Shown: piece after piece, positions 9,204 through 19,068 of the stretch | How the letters are laid out: each line of letters starts with the position of its first letter | Numbering within the stretch: the first letter of the stretch is position 1 | Assembly (NCBI GenBank): GCA_018333525.1 | Contig: JAGXTF010000076.1 | Span: 57,424 to 121,423 of the forward strand | Length of the DNA stretch: 64,000 nucleotides | Direction of reading: 5' to 3' | From: Bacteroidota bacterium | GTDB taxonomy: Bacteria; Bacteroidota; Bacteroidia; NS11-12g; UBA955 | The notes under the pieces: generated by a model | Database searches by the model: none | Told to the model about the DNA's origin: nothing | What the model saw: the letters and a program-made list of their open reading frames with translations, nothing else | Made by a program: the position numbers and the translations under genes

Positions 9204-11516
9204 ATGATTCGAAGAATCACCAGACATTTTCGAAAACGCTATCGCATTTATCTTGCTGTAATCCTTATTTTTTCTATCTGGTATATCTTTTGTCTGCCCA
9301 CTAAACCATTTAACGGACCTTACAGCACCGTTCTGTATGATAGAAATGGACAAATGCTGGAGGCAAGAGTTGCTAAAGACGGGCAATGGCGTTTTCATTC
9401 TTCACACCAGTTTCCGGAAAAACTGAAGGTTGCAATTATCGAATTTGAAGATCGTGGGTTTTACAAGCATCACGGCATTAGTATGCGGGGCATTGGAAGG
9501 GCCATTTCACAAAACTGGCGCAACAAAAGAATGGTAAGCGGAGGAAGTACTATTACCATGCAGGTGGCAAGAATGTTATGCAAACACAAAAGCAGAAATA
9601 TTTTCAATAAAATCCATGAGATGATTATCGCCACAAGGTTGGAAATTCGGTATTCCAAATCTGAAATTCTGGATATGTATTTGTCCAATGCTCCTTTCGG
9701 GAATAATGTTGTGGGTGCTGATGCTGCGGCCTGGCGTTATTATGGACGAAATGCCAACAAACTCAGTTGGGCAGAATGCGCAACCCTGGCCGTACTTCCA
9801 AATGCTCCCGGATTATTATACCCGGGCAAGAATCAAATAAAGCTAACCGCAAAAAGAAATCGGCTATTAAAAAGACTATTCGATAATAAGCAATTGGATG
9901 CCACACAAATGGAACTGGCATTTTGCGAAAAAGTACCCGGAAAACCATTGCAATTATTGTCTGCAGCACCTCATTTGATGGCCACATTAATGCAACAAAA
10001 CGGAAGAGGAAATACCTATGAAAGTACCGTAGACAAAAGTCTTCAGGATCAGGTTTTGCGCATTGCCCAAAGACACCATCAGGTACTTTCCGGAAATCAG
10101 ATTATGAATGGTGCCGTATTGGTAAGTTCTACAAAAACAGGAGAAATTCTGGCGTATATCGGAAATATTTCTGAGCGAAATTTGCAGGAAGGTAGTGAGG
10201 TAGATTGCGTATTAGCGGCCAGAAGTTCGGGAAGTATATTAAAGCCATTACTGTATGAAAGCAGCATGGAGGCAGGTATCATCACTCCAAAAACCCTGTT
10301 ATATGATGTACCCAGTCAATTTGGAAATTATGCGCCCAAAAATTTTAACAAAAAATTCGAAGGTGCAATTCCGGCAAACCAGGCACTGAGTCGCAGTCTG
10401 AATATTCCATTTGTTTTGTTGCTCAATGATTATGGTAACGCGCGTTTTAGAGACAGAATTTACAATTGGGGTCTCTCACATATTCAAAATAATGCAACCC
10501 ACTACGGACTAACATTAATTCTCGGAGGTGCAGAAGTTACTTTGATGGAAATGACCAATGCGTATAGAAATCTCGGTGCTGTAGCTTCCAATCAAAGCCC
10601 TTCAGAATTGCAAATTCTACGCAATAAAAAATCTTCAAAAAAATACCCGAAATGGAATCGGGAATGTGTATTGGCAACTTTGGATGCCCTGACAGAGCTG
10701 AACAGACCGGATGAAGAAGGCAATTGGAAATTGTTTGAATCCGCCAGAAAAATTGCCTGGAAAACAGGTACAAGTTTTGGATTTCGCGATGGTTGGGCAA
10801 TTGGAATTACACCGGAATATACAGTTGGTGTTTGGATCGGAAATGCAAACGGAGAAGGGCAGGCAGGTCTCACCGGCAGTAAAGCAGCAGCACCATTAAT
10901 GTTGGATATATTTTCAGTTTTGCCCGGGAAAAATGCATGGTTCCCACAGGGATTTCATATGAAAAAAATTGCGATTTGTTCGGAAACCGGAAATCCCGCT
11001 TCCAGCAGTTGTCCGCATGTATCGGAACAATTATTTCCGGAATCCTGTGAAAATGTAAAACCCTGTAGAATGCATCAAATTTTACATTTAAGTCCGGATA
11101 AAAAATACCAGGCAAATACCAATTGTTTTGCAGTAAATGCGTTGCAATCGGATACATTTTTGCTCCTACCACCTTTGGTGTTGCGTTACTATAAAGAACA
11201 TCATATGATTCAAGATGTTCCGGAATACTTCCCGGGCTGCGGCATTACAGAAAATAATATTCATATCATTTACCCGTTGTCGGGGTCTCAAATTATTTTA
11301 TCCGACCCAAAATCCAATGCTGCGGGTGAAATGGTATTAGAAATTACACATCGCGATTCAGAAGCAGAAGTATATTGGCATCTGGATGAAAACTATATGG
11401 GTTCAACAAAAACCATTCATCAAATGCTGGCACATCCTGACCCGGGAAAACACAAGTTAACTGTTACGGACAATCTCGGACAACACAGCAGTGTGCAATT
11501 TACCATTGCACCTTAA
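9204..11516 (+). CDS. pbpC: Penicillin-binding protein 1C (transglycosylase + transpeptidase).
   Basis: GT51 motif 'GGSTITMQVARML'. Transpeptidase motifs SxxK ('SGSILKP') and KTG ('WKTGTSFGF'). Length and a C-terminal PBP1C-type domain fit. An A2M gene lies upstream. Confidence 0.8.
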   Translation: MIRRITRHFRKRYRIYLAVILIFSIWYIFCLPTKPFNGPYSTVLYDRNGQMLEARVAKDGQWRFHSSHQFPEKLKVAIIEFEDRGFYKHHGISMRGIGRAISQNWRNKRMVSGGSTITMQVARMLCKHKSRNIFNKIHEMIIATRLEIRYSKSEILDMYLSNAPFGNNVVGADAAAWRYYGRNANKLSWAECATLAVLPNAPGLLYPGKNQIKLTAKRNRLLKRLFDNKQLDATQMELAFCEKVPGKPLQLLSAAPHLMATLMQQNGRGNTYESTVDKSLQDQVLRIAQRHHQVLSGNQIMNGAVLVSSTKTGEILAYIGNISERNLQEGSEVDCVLAARSSGSILKPLLYESSMEAGIITPKTLLYDVPSQFGNYAPKNFNKKFEGAIPANQALSRSLNIPFVLLLNDYGNARFRDRIYNWGLSHIQNNATHYGLTLILGGAEVTLMEMTNAYRNLGAVASNQSPSELQILRNKKSSKKYPKWNRECVLATLDALTELNRPDEEGNWKLFESARKIAWKTGTSFGFRDGWAIGITPEYTVGVWIGNANGEGQAGLTGSKAAAPLMLDIFSVLPGKNAWFPQGFHMKKIAICSETGNPASSSCPHVSEQLFPESCENVKPCRMHQILHLSPDKKYQANTNCFAVNALQSDTFLLLPPLVLRYYKEHHMIQDVPEYFPGCGITENNIHIIYPLSGSQIILSDPKSNAAGEMVLEITHRDSEAEVYWHLDENYMGSTKTIHQMLAHPDPGKHKLTVTDNLGQHSSVQFTIAP

Positions 11517-11681
11517 TTATTTTTTTTGGGATCAAGTTCCACCACTCTCATACATTCAGGTTTCCAACTATCCATACTTGTAAATTTAAATTCAAAAAGG
11601 ATGAACAATGTGAAATTGCAATCCATAACTGGGACCATTTAATCGGATCCGGAGTTGTTGATTAATTGTATTTTTGCGGCA

Positions 11682-12602
11682 ATGTCAGCATACAAATTTG
11701 CAATACACGGTGGAGCAGGTACCATAGAGAAACATATGCTTTCACCCGAACAGGAATTGGCATATTTAAACGGACTTCAAAGTGCTTTGGAAAAAGGCAA
11801 AACAATTCTTTCAAATGGAGGCACAGCATTGGATGCTGTAGAACAGGCTGTTATTCTTTTAGAAAATAATCCCCTTTTTAATGCGGGTAAAGGTTCTGTT
11901 TTTAACCATGAAGGGAAACATGAAATGGACGCAGCAATAATGGATGGAAAAAATCTCAAGGCGGGTGCAGTAACTTGTATTTCAAACATTCGAAATCCTA
12001 TTGAACTTGCAAGAAAGGTAATGGATGAAAGCGAACATGTATTACTAAGCGGCGCCGGGGCTGAATCCTTTGCAAAGATGAAAAATATGAATTTTGAAAG
12101 CGATACTTATTTCCATGATGAATACCGTTTTGATCAATGGCAGGAAATTAAAAATACAAACAAAACTCAATTGGATCATACGGAAAAAAAATTCGGAACA
12201 GTAGGTGCTGTCGCTTTGGACATCCACGGGAATCTGACGGCAGCGACCAGTACCGGCGGTATGACCAACAAGCGCTGGGGTAGAATTGGCGATACTCCGA
12301 TAATTGGTGCCGGAACCTATGCAAATAACCAAACTTGCGCCATAAGTTGTACCGGTCATGGCGAGTTTTATATGCGCGCTGTCGTAGCGTACGACATCAG
12401 TTGTCTGATGGAATACAAACGTCTGAGTTTAAAAGAAGCCTGTGATTTGGTAGTGATGCAAAAATTGGTAGCAATTGGGGGTGAAGGCGGATTAATTGCC
12501 ATTGATAAATATGGAAATCTGGAATTGCCCTTTAACTCAGCCGGAATGTATCGCGGATGGTGTGATGATGCGAATATGGAAACTGCGATTTATTCTGAAT
12601 AA
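11682..12602 (+). CDS. iaaA: Isoaspartyl peptidase / L-asparaginase (Ntn-hydrolase, plant-type asparaginase family).
   Basis: 'AIHGGAGT' at the N-terminus and the autocleavage/nucleophile region 'GTVGAVALD'. The start is placed at the internal Met (MSAYKF...), not the ORF-track start at 11655, by homology with the IaaA N-terminus. Confidence 0.8.
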   Translation: MSAYKFAIHGGAGTIEKHMLSPEQELAYLNGLQSALEKGKTILSNGGTALDAVEQAVILLENNPLFNAGKGSVFNHEGKHEMDAAIMDGKNLKAGAVTCISNIRNPIELARKVMDESEHVLLSGAGAESFAKMKNMNFESDTYFHDEYRFDQWQEIKNTNKTQLDHTEKKFGTVGAVALDIHGNLTAATSTGGMTNKRWGRIGDTPIIGAGTYANNQTCAISCTGHGEFYMRAVVAYDISCLMEYKRLSLKEACDLVVMQKLVAIGGEGGLIAIDKYGNLELPFNSAGMYRGWCDDANMETAIYSE

Positions 12603-15100
12603 TGGCGAACAATGATTTTGGTTTGTCCAAAAGTATTTCCCGAAGCGTATCGCAAAAAATAAATTCCCGACGGATATTGTGTTACAGACATTTCAATGAT
12701 TCCGTCTTTATCTACATTTATTCTGTTCAACCGTTTACCATTCAAATCCAATAAAGCTATTTCTCCGCGAAAAGATTCATTTTTGAACATCAAGGTTTCG
12801 GATACCGGGTTTGGATAAACCTGAAATTGCATTTGCACTTTTTTGCGTACATTTTTTTCATCTTCCAGATTGTTGTTTTCAGCAAACTCAAAAGTAGAAT
12901 AATTTCTATTGGTCGAATCCGGTGAAACTGAATCCGGATAGTGGATGTACTCCTTTAAATACACGGTAGTGATTGGTTTAACCTCCCAATTTTTAAGATT
13001 CATTTTTTGAAAACCGCAATCCGCAATAAAAGTCATTTCCGTAATGGTTCTTAAAATAATGTGATTCAAAAATTCAACCTCATATTGATCTGTGGTAGGT
13101 TCCATATGGTGGTCGCCAATTCCGCTATGGTCTGTAAGAAAAATGGTTTTTCCATTTGTGAGAAGTGCTACATTTCGCATCAGATATTCCAGTGATGCAT
13201 CATATGTACCGCTTGCAATTATCGGAACCATTCGAATCCCTTTTTCGGCGGATTGGATCACCGCATCTCTGAAAATTTTCTGATATTCATCTCCGGATGC
13301 AGGTGGCTCATCCAAAACATGAAATGCAATTCGCATGCTTCCCTCCCTCCAGTTTAGCTGATTCACCGCAGCATCCAATGCCAGTTCTACACTCTCTTCC
13401 CCGCCTTCATTTGCATTTTGACTGCTGATAAATTCGATGGTTTTTTTCGTATCCTTATCGATATCCGATTTTAATACTTTGTACGAACAGCCAGGTGCTT
13501 TATAAAATACGGCTCCCATAGCGAGATCCAAACCCTGATTGCTTTCGTGTAAAGTATTTATTATTTTGTTCAGGTCTTTCTTTAAAAAATCAATTTCATC
13601 TGACATAGAGCCGGTTGCATCTACTATCCACACAACATCTGCTTTTTTATTTGCACCGCATTTTACATCAAAAACTGCACGATTCATTCCCTTAGAAAAA
13701 AGCTTAGGTTCAGATATCCATTGTTCTGAATCTCCAAATTTTACCAATACTTGCTTTGGTGCTTCATCCTCCTCTCCGAATTTCGGATCCAGCCATAACT
13801 CACATTTTCCTGTATTGTCGGTGACTGCTTTATAAGCAGATTTATTGCCACTTTTCAATTCCACTTTAGCTCCCTGAAGTGCTTCACCACGCGTATTCAT
13901 TACCTGCACACAATAGCGATTTTTAGCACATAGTTCCCATTTGCTGCCTGTTTTGAATAATTCATTTGAGTCTGCTGACCACAAATCCCATTTTGCGAAA
14001 TCATCGATAATAGCTGCAGTTAGGGATCCATTAGCAGGTGCGCTTTTGTAAAAAAGCGGAACCGTTTGGTTGCCTGTATTATTCCCGTTTTGCTGTTGCA
14101 TAAATCTGGGATGTTGGTAGTACATAGAGACCCCACCCCAATCCGGACACTTCAAAGGACGGAAAGGTTGAATCCCGGGTGGTACACACCAGGAAATGGA
14201 TGAAGACAATCCATGTTGGGTCCATTCTTTTGTCTGAAAACTGAAATTATTAAAATATTTTATTGAAAATCTTCTATGAATATATCCCGCAATCAGAGAA
14301 AATTCGCTTTGTTTATTTCCCCAATTATACTGATGAAACATCCCGGCAATCGTTTGATTGTTTTCCCATATCAGACCATAATGGATGAGATAATTGCTGT
14401 GAGTCATGATCACCGGACTCAAATAATCCGAATTGAATCTGCTGTGATCCAATTGAAACTTATAACTTCCGTTTATTGAAAATTTTCTTTGAAACATTGG
14501 CATCAGGTAATTCCACGATTGCGAATCTTTCTGAATCACATTCCATGCAGCAATTCCAAATGAAAATTTATCATTATACAGCACAGCACCTGTATTAAAA
14601 TTCAATTGGTGCATTCTCATTTTCAATTCTGCCGGGTTGTTCATTTTCAGTTGCTCATTCAATTGAATAAATTCGTTGGAAAGCAAGTTGAGCTTCGCAA
14701 AAGAGTATCCGGGTTGTACGGCTATTTGTATGAATAACCTGCGGTTGATTGGCAATAAATAATTATAGGTTGTCTGAAATAAATAAGATTGCTGTAATGA
14801 ATTTTTTTCCCTTTGAAAATGAACGGCAAGCGCACCACCAAGCCAGGGCAGATGTTGATCCCATGACATATCCAATTTATTATTGCCATTTAAATTGGTT
14901 CCAAAATTTGAAATCACCCTTCCCGCAGCACCATAATCACAACGTGCAGTGCCGGCAAATGCTGGATTCCAGGACAAAGGTTGCAATATAAATGGTGTAT
15001 TGTGTCCAAGTTGCGCTTTTGTAAAATGAACAAAAAATAACAAAAATAAAAACAGAAATAAAATGCGGGAATTAATTCCAGAGAAAAGCGTATTTTTCAT
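12590..15100 (-). CDS. Large T9SS-secreted mosaic protein: PorP/SprF-like N-terminal region + carboxypeptidase-regulatory-like domain + vWA domain + type-A T9SS C-terminal sorting domain.
   Basis: A signal peptide is followed by 'AQLGHNTPFILQPLSWNPAFAGT', which resembles the PorP/SprF family start (aQQDPqFSqY...NPAyaG). The vWA MIDAS motif is 'VVWIVDATGSMSDE'. The C-terminus 'VYPNPVSETLMF...LLDLNGKRL...SGIYFLR...KIIV' matches the T9SS CTD (TIGR04183-like). Confidence 0.6.
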   Translation of the reverse strand: MKNTLFSGINSRILFLFLFLLFFVHFTKAQLGHNTPFILQPLSWNPAFAGTARCDYGAAGRVISNFGTNLNGNNKLDMSWDQHLPWLGGALAVHFQREKNSLQQSYLFQTTYNYLLPINRRLFIQIAVQPGYSFAKLNLLSNEFIQLNEQLKMNNPAELKMRMHQLNFNTGAVLYNDKFSFGIAAWNVIQKDSQSWNYLMPMFQRKFSINGSYKFQLDHSRFNSDYLSPVIMTHSNYLIHYGLIWENNQTIAGMFHQYNWGNKQSEFSLIAGYIHRRFSIKYFNNFSFQTKEWTQHGLSSSISWCVPPGIQPFRPLKCPDWGGVSMYYQHPRFMQQQNGNNTGNQTVPLFYKSAPANGSLTAAIIDDFAKWDLWSADSNELFKTGSKWELCAKNRYCVQVMNTRGEALQGAKVELKSGNKSAYKAVTDNTGKCELWLDPKFGEEDEAPKQVLVKFGDSEQWISEPKLFSKGMNRAVFDVKCGANKKADVVWIVDATGSMSDEIDFLKKDLNKIINTLHESNQGLDLAMGAVFYKAPGCSYKVLKSDIDKDTKKTIEFISSQNANEGGEESVELALDAAVNQLNWREGSMRIAFHVLDEPPASGDEYQKIFRDAVIQSAEKGIRMVPIIASGTYDASLEYLMRNVALLTNGKTIFLTDHSGIGDHHMEPTTDQYEVEFLNHIILRTITEMTFIADCGFQKMNLKNWEVKPITTVYLKEYIHYPDSVSPDSTNRNYSTFEFAENNNLEDEKNVRKKVQMQFQVYPNPVSETLMFKNESFRGEIALLDLNGKRLNRINVDKDGIIEMSVTQYPSGIYFLRYASGNTFGQTKIIVRHYSE

Positions 15101-15318
15101 TTCTTATTTCAACTATGAAACGCTATGGAGAAAAAATGTTACACTTCAGTTTGACCTGGAATTCAGGAAAAGCACCAAGCGCAACTCTTAAACTACTTGC
15201 CGCAAAATGGAATCTATGAAGATTTAGAAATTACATTAAAGTAACTTACTTTCTATTTTAAGCGCTAAAAACGCAGAATTATAGAAACAATTTAATTGTT
15301 GATACCGTTGCGGCTATC

Positions 15319-16200
15319 CTATTCTAAAGGATGACCAACCGGCACAGGTACATTTCCCTCTGAGAATACCCGCGTTTTAAAATTATAAGTATTTCCCATG
15401 CTTAAAATATGCACTACCAAACCTTCAACAGAAATGGGCATTCCAAATTCGATATCCGCAATATTATTATGTAAAATATGCCTGCCATCTACAATGGTAA
15501 CAGCACCACTTCCAATAGCTTCAATGTCTTCCCCATTGCGAACAATAACACCGGTATCTTCTCCCAATCCGATACCAATTGCACCCGGGTTCGCAGCAAC
15601 TGCCTGCGCGAGGCGTGCAAATCTACCGCGTTTATCGAAGTGAGAATCTACAATTACTCCATTGAGCAAGCCCAAACCGGATGTCATTCTAACTTCACCC
15701 TTGAGATGCGCCCTTCCGGCATTTCCTTCATAAATCATATTATTGCTCATCGCCATAGCACCGGCACTGGTACCTGCAATAATTAAACGCTCATTTTGAT
15801 ATCGGGTTTGTAAAATATCCAGAAAATCTGTTCCTCCAAAAATAGAAGAAAGCCGGAGTTGGTTACCTCCACTAAACAAAATGGCCTGGCATTTTTGCAA
15901 TCTGGGAATGTACTCCGCCACATCTTCTCTATTTCGGATTCGCATATGGCCCACATTCGGATAACCCAATTTTGCAAATGCTTCTCTGTAATTTTCACCA
16001 ATTTCATCCGGAATGGAACTAGCCGTGGTAATTACCTCTATTACCGAATCCTGCGTGGGCAGTAGTTCTGCAATGCGTTTCAGTATACCTATTTCAAAAA
16101 AATGAAGTCGGTTTCTCTCAATAATTCCCGCTTCTAAATCAGTTCCTTTGTCTTCGGCTCCTCCTACTGGAACGAGAATTCCCTTTGGCTGCTGCATCAA
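15319..16200 (-). CDS. cphB: Cyanophycinase (S51 peptidase).
   Basis: 'VPVGGAEDKG', 'FSGGNQLRL' and the Ser-nucleophile context 'IIAGTSAGAMAM'. Size ~290 aa. It is divergent from a cyanophycin synthetase gene. Confidence 0.8.
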   Translation of the reverse strand: MMQQPKGILVPVGGAEDKGTDLEAGIIERNRLHFFEIGILKRIAELLPTQDSVIEVITTASSIPDEIGENYREAFAKLGYPNVGHMRIRNREDVAEYIPRLQKCQAILFSGGNQLRLSSIFGGTDFLDILQTRYQNERLIIAGTSAGAMAMSNNMIYEGNAGRAHLKGEVRMTSGLGLLNGVIVDSHFDKRGRFARLAQAVAANPGAIGIGLGEDTGVIVRNGEDIEAIGSGAVTIVDGRHILHNNIADIEFGMPISVEGLVVHILSMGNTYNFKTRVFSEGNVPVPVGHPLE

Positions 16201-16368
16201 GATGCAAAATTAATTCAGATGTTCCGGAATTATTAACGAATAAATAACATTTGTTGAGCTTTCATGGCTCATATGCTATGGGAAGCAGTATTCGCACAAT
16301 ATTTCCGTAACGAATTGTTTTTGAATTCTTCACCAAATACATAAATTGCCAAACCAAGCAGGCGAAAT

Positions 16369-19011
16369 ATGGAAATTCTGGATATTAAAGTAACAAACGG
16401 ACCAAACTACTGGTCGGTGAAAAGGCATAAACTGGTAGTGATGTTGTTGGACATTGGCGAATTGGAACAGAGACCTACCAACAAAATTCCGGGATTTTCA
16501 GATCGCATTCAGGCACTATTGCCTACCATGTATTCCCATCGATGTAGTGAAGGTGTAGAGGGTGGTTTTTGGAAACGCGTTATTGAAGGTACCTGGATGG
16601 GTCATGTCATTGAACATATTGCCCTCGAAATTCAAACATTGGCGGGAATGGAAGTTGGTTTCGGCAGAACCCGCGATGCCGGCAGAGAAGGCTTATACCA
16701 TGTTGTATTTTCTTATTATGAAGCAAAAGCCGGTGTTTATGCTGCAAAAGCTGCAGTGCGAATAGCGGAAGCCCTTATTGATTCTGAAACCTATGATTTG
16801 GAATACGATATTCAAAAATTAAGGGAAATTCGTGAGGAAGAACGTCTTGGACCAAGCACAGGATCTATTGTGGAAGAAGCAATTCGCAGAAAGATTCCTT
16901 ATATCCGCCTCAACCGACATTCTCTGGTGCAATTGGGTTACGGCATCAATCAAAAACGAGTGAGGGCCACCATTGCCAGCACTACAGGAAGTATTGCGGT
17001 TGAAATTGCCTGTGATAAAGAGGAAACAAAAAATCTACTGGAGGCTGCACAAATTCCTGTTCCAAAAGGCACAATTGTTTACGATGATATTGAACTTGAA
17101 AGGGCCATTAATAAAATTGGATATCCTTTAGTGACTAAACCTATTGATGGCAATCATGGCAAAGGTGCTACAACAGGTATCAACAATTGGGATGATGCTG
17201 TACGCGGTTTACAGGCGGCTAAAAAGTATAGCCGTGGGGTAATTTGCGAGAAATTTATAAAAGGGCTGGACCATCGCATATTGGTAATCAATTACCGATT
17301 TGTTGCTGCTGCATTGCGAACTCCTGCAGCAATAACAAGCGACGGCGTTCACAGCATTCAAGAATTGATTGATATTACGAATAAGGATCCCAGGCGTGGG
17401 TATGGCCATGAAAAGGTTCTTACGTCAATTAAAATTGATGATTTCACCATGAATATCCTTACAGAAAAAGGTCTTACACTGGATTCCATTTTACCAAAAG
17501 GACAGGAATTATGGCTGAAACCGACAGCCAATCTGAGCACTGGAGGAACTGCCACTGATGTTACGGATCTGGTTCACCCGGCCAATGTTTTTATGGCAGA
17601 AAGAATTGCGAAAATCATTGGTCTTGATATATGCGGTATTGATATCATGGCTCCGGATCTGAGCACGCCAATTACAGAAAATGGTGGCGCGGTATTGGAA
17701 GTGAATGCTGCACCCGGATTTCGCATGCACATTGAACCCACTGAAGGAATTCCGAGAAATGTGGCAGAACCTGTAATTGACATGCTCTATCCTCCCGGCG
17801 CTACAGCCCGAATTCCTATAATAGCTGTGAGTGGTACTAATGGGAAAACAACCACCACCAGGCTCATTGCTCATATTGTAAAACAAATGGGACACAAAGT
17901 TGGATATACAACTACCGATGGAATTTATATCCAGAACCGGCTAATGATGTCCGGGGATTGCACAGGTCCGGTTTCTGCAGAATTTGTATTGAAAGATCCC
18001 ACCGTAGATTTTGCTGTTTTGGAATGTGCGCGTGGTGGAATTTTACGCGCCGGGCTTGGATTCCACAATTGCGATGTAGCGGTGGTAACTAATGTTGCTG
18101 CGGATCATTTAGGATTGCAGGGGATTGACAGTTTGGAAAAATTGGCAAGGGTAAAATCTGTTGCTGCAAGAACTGTATTTCCAAATGGATATGCCATTTT
18201 AAATGCGGATGATGATTTGGTTTATGGAATGAAAGAAGATGTGCATTGCAATGTGGCATTATTTTCCATGGATCCCGAGAATCCCAGAATTCGCGCGCAT
18301 TGTGCAGAAGGCGGAATTGCTGCGGTTTACGACAAAGACCATTATTTGTGTATTATGAAAGGCACGTGGAAAATTCGCGTTGAAAAAGCTGCGAATATTC
18401 CACTCACTTTTAATGGAAAAGCGGAATTTAATGTGGCAAATACTTTAGGTGCAATTCTCGCGTGTTTTGTGCGCGATTTTAAAATCGAAGATATTCGCCA
18501 GGCCTTGCAAACTTTTGTGCCATCACCTGCGCAAACACCGGGTCGTTTGAATATGTTCCAATTTAAAAATTACACTGTAATGTTGGATTATGCGCACAAT
18601 GCACATGGCATGCACGCCATCGGAAAATTGGTATCCAAAATTGATGCGGGGAAAAAAGTGGGAATTATTGCAGGAGTCGGTGATCGCAGGGATGAAGATA
18701 CCATTGAACTTGCAGAAGAAGCCGCAAAAGTATTTGATGAAATTATTATTCGTCAGGATAAAAATTTACGCGGAAAAACCGATAGAGAAATTATTGATTT
18801 GCTCACTATAGGAATCAAAAATATCAAGCCGGATTGTGTAATTCATGTCATTCCAAAAGAATCTGAAGCCATTGATTTTGCCATTAAACATGCAGAAAAA
18901 GATTCATTTATTACGATTATTTCTGACGTGGTTCCGGATGCGCTGGAACAGGTGAAGAAACTGAGGGAAGATGAGGAAGAATCATTCGGAAGAGAAGCTG
19001 CAAGAGCATAA
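16369..19011 (+). CDS. cphA: Cyanophycin synthetase (ATP-grasp + Mur-ligase domains).
   Basis: CphA-type N-terminus 'MEILDIKVTNGPNYWSVKRHKLVVMLLDIGELEQRPTNKIPGF'. ATP-grasp region. Mur-ligase P-loop 'VSGTNGKTTTTRLIAHIV'. Length 880 aa. Confidence 0.9.
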   Translation: MEILDIKVTNGPNYWSVKRHKLVVMLLDIGELEQRPTNKIPGFSDRIQALLPTMYSHRCSEGVEGGFWKRVIEGTWMGHVIEHIALEIQTLAGMEVGFGRTRDAGREGLYHVVFSYYEAKAGVYAAKAAVRIAEALIDSETYDLEYDIQKLREIREEERLGPSTGSIVEEAIRRKIPYIRLNRHSLVQLGYGINQKRVRATIASTTGSIAVEIACDKEETKNLLEAAQIPVPKGTIVYDDIELERAINKIGYPLVTKPIDGNHGKGATTGINNWDDAVRGLQAAKKYSRGVICEKFIKGLDHRILVINYRFVAAALRTPAAITSDGVHSIQELIDITNKDPRRGYGHEKVLTSIKIDDFTMNILTEKGLTLDSILPKGQELWLKPTANLSTGGTATDVTDLVHPANVFMAERIAKIIGLDICGIDIMAPDLSTPITENGGAVLEVNAAPGFRMHIEPTEGIPRNVAEPVIDMLYPPGATARIPIIAVSGTNGKTTTTRLIAHIVKQMGHKVGYTTTDGIYIQNRLMMSGDCTGPVSAEFVLKDPTVDFAVLECARGGILRAGLGFHNCDVAVVTNVAADHLGLQGIDSLEKLARVKSVAARTVFPNGYAILNADDDLVYGMKEDVHCNVALFSMDPENPRIRAHCAEGGIAAVYDKDHYLCIMKGTWKIRVEKAANIPLTFNGKAEFNVANTLGAILACFVRDFKIEDIRQALQTFVPSPAQTPGRLNMFQFKNYTVMLDYAHNAHGMHAIGKLVSKIDAGKKVGIIAGVGDRRDEDTIELAEEAAKVFDEIIIRQDKNLRGKTDREIIDLLTIGIKNIKPDCVIHVIPKESEAIDFAIKHAEKDSFITIISDVVPDALEQVKKLREDEEESFGREAARA

Positions 19012-19068
19012 AAAACGGATTTATTTCACATTCAGGATTCATTTATTCACGGTAGTTTCGCAGATCCA

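Noticed and set aside
11655-11681. Upstream start (MLINCIFAA...) for the isoaspartyl peptidase, and the 26153 start for pdhA.
   Set aside because: The N-terminal extensions do not match the family N-termini, and for pdhA the promoter motif would lie inside the ORF. Internal ATGs were chosen instead.
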